Below, in pieces: positions 39,058-44,393 of a stretch of DNA of 44,393 bases; the first letter of the stretch is position 1; each line of letters begins with the position of its first letter. The notes beneath the pieces were generated by a model, which made no database searches, was not told the DNA's origin, and worked only from the letters and a program-made list of their open reading frames with translations. Position numbers and translations under genes: made by a program. This DNA comes from Thermodesulfobacteriota bacterium (GTDB lineage Bacteria; Desulfobacterota; DSM-4660; Desulfatiglandales; B25-G16), in the NCBI GenBank assembly GCA_034718555.1, contig JAYEMW010000346.1, forward strand, positions 1 through 44,393. The letters are read 5' to 3'.

Positions 39058-40278
39058 ATGCAAAAGTATAATCCGGAACAAAAAATGGCGGAAGCCAAAC
39101 GGGAATTCGGCGAGCACGGTGGTGTAACGCCGTCTATTTCGCGTTCATGCACATTTTCGGTAATGGAGCCGGACACAATGCCGGAAATATTTGATGGCAT
39201 AAAAACTCCTGATAAAGGCGGCTGCTTTTTATACAGCCGACACTTCAATCCTACGGTAGATATTTTAGCGCGTTATCTGGCCGCGATGGAAGGCACCGAG
39301 GCCGCCGCCTGCACGGCGAGCGGTATTTCGGCAATCGCCGCGACGCTTTCGCAAATATGCAAGAACGGCGACCATATAGTATCAAGTGACACAATTTACG
39401 GTGGCACTCATGCGCTTTTGGGCGATCTGTTCCCAGAGATGGGCATAACCACGACATTTGTTGACCCCAGTGATACGGCGGCTTTCGCTGCTGCAATCAA
39501 ACCGGAAACAAAGGTGCTTTACACCGAAAGCGTCGGCAACCCGACACTTAAAACCTCCGACATAAAAGCCCTTTCAAAGCTGGCAAAGGATAAAGGGCTG
39601 AAACTGATTATTGATAACACCTTCTCGCCGGTTATGATTTCGCCCGCGCAATTGGGCGCCGACATCGTTATTTACTCGATGACGAAATTCATAAACGGCG
39701 CCAGCGACAATATCGCCGGGGCTGTTTGCGCAAGCAAGGATTTTATTTATGAACTCATGGACTTACATAAAGGCAGGATAATGCTACTCGGCCCGACAAT
39801 GGATCCTCGCTCTGCTTACGATATCATACAGCGCCTGCCCCACCTGCCGCTTCGCATTCGAGAACACAGCTACAGAGCGCAGACAATCGCTGAAAGGATG
39901 AATGAAATCGGTGCTCCTGTTGTTTATCCGGGCTTGCCTTCTTACAATCAGCATGAGCTGATAACTTCAATAATTAACGAAGGCTATGGCTACGGAGGCA
40001 TGATGACTATCGATTGCGGCACAGTTGAAAAAGCGAATAAGCTTATGTCCGTTCTGCAAAACAAAGAGGATTTCGGCTACATCGCGGTTTCGCTGGGCTA
40101 TTTCGATACGCTTATGTCATGTTCAGGCTCTTCTACATCTTCAGAAATATCCGAAGAAGAACAAAAGAAAATGGGTCTTTCACCGGGGCTGCTAAGAATT
40201 GCGATTGGCTACACCGGAGGACTCGATGAACGGATTGCTCAGATTGAAAGAGCGGTAAAAGAGGTCGGCCTTGTGTAG
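39058..40278 (+). CDS. PLP-dependent Cys/Met-metabolism enzyme (methionine gamma-lyase / cystathionine gamma-synthase family)
   Basis: It has the family pattern YSRHFNPT...ASGISAI...DNTF.SP...GADIVIYSMTKFINGASD (PLP Lys) and a strong AAGGAGGAAGAGAG SD. G+C is visibly higher than in neighbouring genes. Confidence 0.85.
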   Translation: MQKYNPEQKMAEAKREFGEHGGVTPSISRSCTFSVMEPDTMPEIFDGIKTPDKGGCFLYSRHFNPTVDILARYLAAMEGTEAAACTASGISAIAATLSQICKNGDHIVSSDTIYGGTHALLGDLFPEMGITTTFVDPSDTAAFAAAIKPETKVLYTESVGNPTLKTSDIKALSKLAKDKGLKLIIDNTFSPVMISPAQLGADIVIYSMTKFINGASDNIAGAVCASKDFIYELMDLHKGRIMLLGPTMDPRSAYDIIQRLPHLPLRIREHSYRAQTIAERMNEIGAPVVYPGLPSYNQHELITSIINEGYGYGGMMTIDCGTVEKANKLMSVLQNKEDFGYIAVSLGYFDTLMSCSGSSTSSEISEEEQKKMGLSPGLLRIAIGYTGGLDERIAQIERAVKEVGLV

Positions 40279-40308
40279 CCAGATTTTATATATTTAAATA
40301 AAAATTAT

Positions 40309-41610
40309 TTGGTCATGAAAAAATATAGCAAAGCGCAAAAATCTCGCATTATTGAAGATTTTAAAAAATACGTATCGCCCGGCAAAGTGGATGTCTATCA
40401 CGAATATGGTATGGAATTTGTTATGGGGCATCGAGAAGGGTGCTACATATGGGACATTAGAGGCAAGAAAAAGCTTATCAATTGCCATTCAAACGGAGGC
40501 GTTTTTAATTTAGGGCATCGGCACCCTTATATGATTAAAGTGCTGAAGGAAAGCCTGGACGAACTGGATATTGGGAATCATCACTTCATCAGCGAACAAC
40601 GAGCAGAGCTTGCGAAGAAAATTGCTTCCCTTATGCCTGGGGACTTGAACTATACTATTTTTGGAGTAAGTGGCGGCGAGGCAATTGATTTAGCAATAAA
40701 ACTTGCCAGAGGACATAGCAAGAGAAATGAAATTATCAGCACAATTGGTGGATATCATGGTCATACAGCATTTGCGCTTGCAACAGGAGATGTCCAGTAC
40801 AGAGAACCTTTTGGGAGTCAAATACCAGGGTTTATGCAGGTGCCATATAATGATATTGGGGCCTTAAAAAGGGCGATATCATCAAACACGGCTGCTATTA
40901 TTCTGGAAACAGTTCAAGCAACAGCCGGAATTGTGATCCCTGATAAGGCATATATTCAAGAGGTTCGAGAGCTATGCACAGAAAATGATACCCTTTTGAT
41001 TATGGATGAAGTTCAAAGCGGATTAGGGCGAACAGGAAAATATTGGGGATTTGAGCATTTTGATATTATTCCAGATATCGTTGTCCTGGGAAAAGGACTT
41101 TCTGGAGGAATTTACCCCATGAGTGCGACTGTAATCAGAAAACCTTTAATTAAAATTTTTAAAGAAAACCCTTTTATCCATATTAGCACTTATGGAGGGT
41201 CGGAAGTGGGCGCAGGAGTGACATTGGAGGTTCTTAATCTTCTTTCAAGGCCTGATTTTTTGGAACATGTGAATGCAATGGCAAACATGTTTTCTGAAGG
41301 ATTTGAAAGATTAAAAATGAAATATCCTGATACGATACACTCTTTTAGACAGCTTGGTTTAATGATGGGCATAAAATTTACTGATGAAGAATATGGCCCT
41401 TTATTTACAAAGGCAGCTTACGAAAGCGGGATTTGGAGCGTTTATTCAAATAATGATAAATCTGTGAGCCAGCTTCTTCCGCCTCTTATTGTTGACGAGC
41501 AACAAGTGCAGGAAATTCTCGATAAAATGAATAAAGCTATCAGAAAGATGAAATTTTATCGGATAGCCTTAAAAACAAAGAAATTATTTTCATCTATATT
41601 TGGAAATTAA
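40309..41610 (+). CDS. class III PLP aminotransferase (putrescine/ornithine/GABA aminotransferase-like)
   Basis: It has GVFNLGHRHP, GVSGGEAIDLAIKLAR, IMDEVQSGLGRTGKYWGFEHF and VVLGKGLSGG (PLP Lys). The track start is a TTG, and ATG 40315 is more likely. Confidence 0.9.
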   Translation: MVMKKYSKAQKSRIIEDFKKYVSPGKVDVYHEYGMEFVMGHREGCYIWDIRGKKKLINCHSNGGVFNLGHRHPYMIKVLKESLDELDIGNHHFISEQRAELAKKIASLMPGDLNYTIFGVSGGEAIDLAIKLARGHSKRNEIISTIGGYHGHTAFALATGDVQYREPFGSQIPGFMQVPYNDIGALKRAISSNTAAIILETVQATAGIVIPDKAYIQEVRELCTENDTLLIMDEVQSGLGRTGKYWGFEHFDIIPDIVVLGKGLSGGIYPMSATVIRKPLIKIFKENPFIHISTYGGSEVGAGVTLEVLNLLSRPDFLEHVNAMANMFSEGFERLKMKYPDTIHSFRQLGLMMGIKFTDEEYGPLFTKAAYESGIWSVYSNNDKSVSQLLPPLIVDEQQVQEILDKMNKAIRKMKFYRIALKTKKLFSSIFGN

Positions 41611-41631
41611 TAATTATGATTGAATCTGAGT

Positions 41632-42600
41632 ATGAATTTATCTATTAACAGAGCACTTATCCGTGAGATTGAGAAATGGCTTGACCCTATAAACCCTTCA
41701 AATAGTCTAATGAATATTGAGATCTTGGGGTACGGAGAAATATCAACAGTTTTTGGAATAACGTTTGAGAATAGTCAATCCTGTGCCTGTAAGCGTTTAC
41801 CTGTTTTTAGTTCTGAAAATGAATCTAAAGATTACATCAAGTTATATAAAAACTATAATCTCAGGCTCCATGAAATAGGCATCAATGTTCCAAACTACGA
41901 TGGCATAAACATAAAAGGACATGGAGGGATTTACGTAAATTACCTTATCCAAGAACGTTTGGCAGGATCGGCGGTCTGCAATAAGATTATTCACAAAATT
42001 ACTGTTGATGAGAGCCTGGTTCTATTGGAATTGATTATAAAAGAAATGGCAAAAGTATGGCATTTTAATCGAAAAAATAGGGCTGTAAGTATTGGTTTGG
42101 ATGGCCAAATATCCAATTGGGCAATAAAGAACTTCAGTGAAGAGAATCTTAAGATTGATAAAAACACAGAACTGTATTTTATCGATACATCAACACCTTT
42201 TATAAGGATAAATGGAGAAGAGCAAATAAATGGTCTCTTACTGTTAAAATCAGCCCCCGGTATATTGCAACCCATTTTGGCAAAATTGTTTTTAGCTGAT
42301 GTTATTGGAAGGTATTACAATTTTAGAGATGTCATCATAGACTTGTTAGCCAACTTGCACAAAGAACAAAAACCTGAACTAATTGCCCCTGCACTAATTG
42401 GGATTAACCGACTTTTTGAGAATGAGTTATCGGAATTTAACATGACACCTATAACTCAAGATGAAATCGACAAATATTATAAAGAAGACAAATTTATCTG
42501 GTCTTTGTATATGGCGGTTAGAAAACTTGACCGATTCATAAAAACAAAAATCTTACGCAGACGTTATGAATTTATTTTGCCGGGGAAAATACAAAGGTAA
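41632..42600 (+). CDS. protein-kinase-like fold protein (putative small-molecule kinase)
   Basis: I prefer ATG 41632 over the track TTG at 41620. It has a Gly-rich loop ILGYGEISTVFGI, a candidate beta3 Lys in ACKRLP, a D-x4-N catalytic-loop candidate (LDGQISNW) and a DFG-equivalent (YFIDTS). The assignment is by eye only. Confidence 0.4.
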   Translation: MNLSINRALIREIEKWLDPINPSNSLMNIEILGYGEISTVFGITFENSQSCACKRLPVFSSENESKDYIKLYKNYNLRLHEIGINVPNYDGINIKGHGGIYVNYLIQERLAGSAVCNKIIHKITVDESLVLLELIIKEMAKVWHFNRKNRAVSIGLDGQISNWAIKNFSEENLKIDKNTELYFIDTSTPFIRINGEEQINGLLLLKSAPGILQPILAKLFLADVIGRYYNFRDVIIDLLANLHKEQKPELIAPALIGINRLFENELSEFNMTPITQDEIDKYYKEDKFIWSLYMAVRKLDRFIKTKILRRRYEFILPGKIQR

Positions 42601-42628
42601 TATAAGGTTTTAAGTTCTGAAAACACAT

Positions 42629-42732
42629 TGTAATATCTCAATAAGGCAGGGCATTCATATAACTTCCCCTTTTGAAAAGGGGGATTGAGGGAGATTTTTT
42701 CTAAATCTGCCCGGACTTATTGAGATATTACA
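42629..42732 (+). mobile_element. 104-bp MITE copy B (17-bp terminal inverted repeats, 6-bp TSD ACACAT)
   Basis: The ends are TGTAATATCTCAATAAG...CTTATTGAGATATTACA. It has the same length, orientation and internal hairpin (TCCCCTTTTGAAAAGGGGGA) as copy A. It is flanked by ACACAT at 42623-42628 and 42733-42738. Confidence 0.8.
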
Positions 42733-42781
42733 ACACATTCAGTCAAATGGCTGCAAGGCAAAATAAAATGGAGCAAACAGC

Positions 42782-43993
42782 ATGAATGATAAAGGCACTC
42801 CTTTTACAGGTAAAATAATCGAAAGGTTATGTTCTCTTTCACACAGGGGAGCCACAACAGAAAATGAAGCAACTGCAGCAAACTATCTGGAAGAATTTAT
42901 TACAAAAATTGGCGGAAAAGCAACGCGTCAATACTTTAAGACATCCGTAAGCTATATATTTGAAGTATGGTGGCTGCTTTTCTTTTTACTTATTGGATTA
43001 TCGTTAATCCCGTTTTTTAAACTGCTGTCATTAGCCTTCATTACAATTTCTATTGTAATGTTATTTCTATATTTTGACTGGCGTGATACATGGATTACTG
43101 AATTTCCTCCACAGAGGCAAAGCCAAAATGTTATTGGAAAAAAGCAATTCGATTCCAATGAACCACAACCTCGAAATAGAATTGTATTAATGGCTCATTA
43201 CGATTCAGCGCCGGTTTCGCTTTTGTATTTACCCTCAATGGTAAAAGGATTTTCCAGTTCACTCAAGTTTAATTTATTTAACCTCCTCATTGTCGAGCTA
43301 ATCGCTGTCTTAAATTGTTTTGCAATAGCTGCGGCACTCGTTTTTTGGCTAAGATATATTTATATGACTTATTTTTTCATTCAAGCCATCATCGCTGGTT
43401 TGGATTACTTCCGAAAAGGCTATACCAATGGCGCAGCAGATAATGCAAGCGGCGTGGCAGTGGCAATTACAACAACACAAAAACTTTGGACTCAAAACAT
43501 ACCTAATTGGAATATTGAGCTTGTTCTGACTGGAGCAGAGGAAGTGGGTATGAGAGGAGCAAAATATTATCTTAACACTTGCTTAAGCAAATGGAAAGGC
43601 GAGAAGGTTCATGTGTTAAATTTTGATAATCTCGGCGTTGGGAATCTTAAAATAATCACAAAAACAGGCAGTATTACAGCAATCAAATATGACGGAGATC
43701 TCGTAAAAACTGCCATTGGCACATCAAAAAGCAAGCCAGAGTATAGCAATATCGAAATTGGCGAATGGCATACCGGTGACTTTGATACCATTCATTTTCA
43801 GCGATCCGGATTGAGTTCCTTGACATTATCAGCACAGGATGAAAATGGACTTATTCCAAATTTGCATCGCCCTTCGGATACAGTGGAAAATGTAGACTTT
43901 GATACGGTTGAACGAGCTGCAAATTTCGCTTATGAAGTCTTAGTCGATTTAATTAATGGAAAGTATATTTCTCGTCAAGACGTTGACGCATAG
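42782..43993 (+). CDS. M28-family metallopeptidase with membrane-spanning insertions
   Basis: M28 motifs are MAHYDSAP (His/Asp), GAADNASGVAV (bridging Asp), TGAEEVGMRGAKYY (Glu-Glu) and a late His (NLHRPSD). Hydrophobic helices lie before, and between, the first two motifs. Confidence 0.75.
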   Translation: MNDKGTPFTGKIIERLCSLSHRGATTENEATAANYLEEFITKIGGKATRQYFKTSVSYIFEVWWLLFFLLIGLSLIPFFKLLSLAFITISIVMLFLYFDWRDTWITEFPPQRQSQNVIGKKQFDSNEPQPRNRIVLMAHYDSAPVSLLYLPSMVKGFSSSLKFNLFNLLIVELIAVLNCFAIAAALVFWLRYIYMTYFFIQAIIAGLDYFRKGYTNGAADNASGVAVAITTTQKLWTQNIPNWNIELVLTGAEEVGMRGAKYYLNTCLSKWKGEKVHVLNFDNLGVGNLKIITKTGSITAIKYDGDLVKTAIGTSKSKPEYSNIEIGEWHTGDFDTIHFQRSGLSSLTLSAQDENGLIPNLHRPSDTVENVDFDTVERAANFAYEVLVDLINGKYISRQDVDA

Positions 43994-44227
43994 AACAAAA
44001 GAACCCCTTATCTGCCTCTTTTCATAACTTAGTACCATGTGTCGGTATAATGTATTTTTAGAGGTCTGGTCATAATTGTTTTTGTAATAGAATTGAAAAG
44101 ATGAGTCAACGGCAGACCCCAGTCCTCTTACAACTTGTTGTCTCCCCATTTCTCGTGGGTGGGTTTTCCTTCATGATAATGGATATACCGCCAGCAATTC
44201 TAATTATAACGAAACAAGAGATTAGCC

Positions 44228-44359
44228 GCAGACACACGCAGACCCACACAGACATTTAAGCCGAGCAAGTCGCTCGGCTTAAATATTATCATCGCTTCGC
44301 GAAAAGAGCTTAAGGGTATAGGATGAATAATTTGTCCGTGGTCGTCTGTTTGTGTCTGC
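44228..44359. repeat. MITE/REP-like element: imperfect 16-bp GCAGAC-rich inverted repeats around a 13-bp-stem hairpin
   Basis: GCAGACACACGCAGAC (44228-44243) matches the reverse complement of GTCTGTTTGTGTCTGC (44344-44359) at 14 of 16 positions. The internal hairpin is TTAAGCCGAGC-AAGTC-GCTCGGCTTAA (44256-44282, extendable to 44254-44284). Confidence 0.6.
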
Positions 44360-44393
44360 CTGCCCCGTAGCTCCGGAAGATGGTACTGGGGTG

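Noticed and set aside
38664-42732. The two MITE copies plus the intervening three genes might form a composite transposon.
   Set aside because: Each MITE copy has its own, different 6-bp target duplication (TAAATT versus ACACAT). This argues for two independent insertions rather than movement of the whole block. No transposase gene lies between them.
43949-44149. A 66-aa minus-strand ORF overlaps the 3' end of the M28 peptidase gene.
   Set aside because: It has no SD and no recognisable motif. It overlaps a supported gene and runs into repeat-rich intergenic DNA, so it is likely spurious.
44360-44393. A tRNA-like start (CCCCGTAGCTCCGG...) occurs at the extreme right edge.
   Set aside because: GTAGCTC resembles an acceptor/D-arm junction. 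However, no matching D-stem closure (GAGC) follows, and the window ends before any anticodon or T-arm could be assessed.

Overview
A 44.4-kb AT-rich bacterial chromosomal segment. The gene content (2-oxoacid:ferredoxin oxidoreductase, Fe-S/DUF3786-type protein, TRAP transport, many Fe-S flavoproteins) suggests an anaerobic Desulfobacterota-like host, but that is inference only. I found no rRNA, tRNA or CRISPR array. Contents from left to right: (1) an accessory islet with a type II R-M pair (the endonuclease runs off the window edge), a decayed DUF433/DUF5615-type toxin-antitoxin pair, and an intact 1665-bp IS with perfect 25-bp inverted repeats and an 8-bp target duplication; (2) an RND efflux pair whose pump carries a ~200-aa C-terminal extra TM/soluble module; (3) a 2Fe-2S-ferredoxin::class III nucleotide cyclase fusion; (4) a minus-strand module of a CHASE2 class III cyclase, a secreted FecR-TPR-beta-barrel fusion and a Cys-containing mini-protein; (5) an orphan, triply damaged livF pseudogene; (6) two GntR-headed operons for imino/D-amino-acid (proline/hydroxyproline-type) catabolism, with a TRAP transporter, a proline-racemase-family enzyme, DAO-type flavoproteins and an OoxA/OoxB-like Fe-S flavoprotein complex; (7) a four-subunit 2-oxoacid:ferredoxin oxidoreductase operon with an embedded GltD/NfnB-like NAD(P)H flavoprotein; (8) an ECF sigma/anti-sigma/CpxP-like module; (9) a PLP-lyase / class III aminotransferase / kinase-like cassette lying between two 104-bp MITE copies; (10) a membrane-embedded M28 peptidase. 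The best candidate for an undescribed system is module (4). It looks like cell-surface signalling (FecR-type domain on an outer-membrane barrel protein) wired to a CHASE2 nucleotide cyclase instead of an ECF sigma factor. Both cyclases in the window also lack the canonical adenine-specifying Lys. All domain calls were made by eye from motifs and need HMM or structure confirmation.
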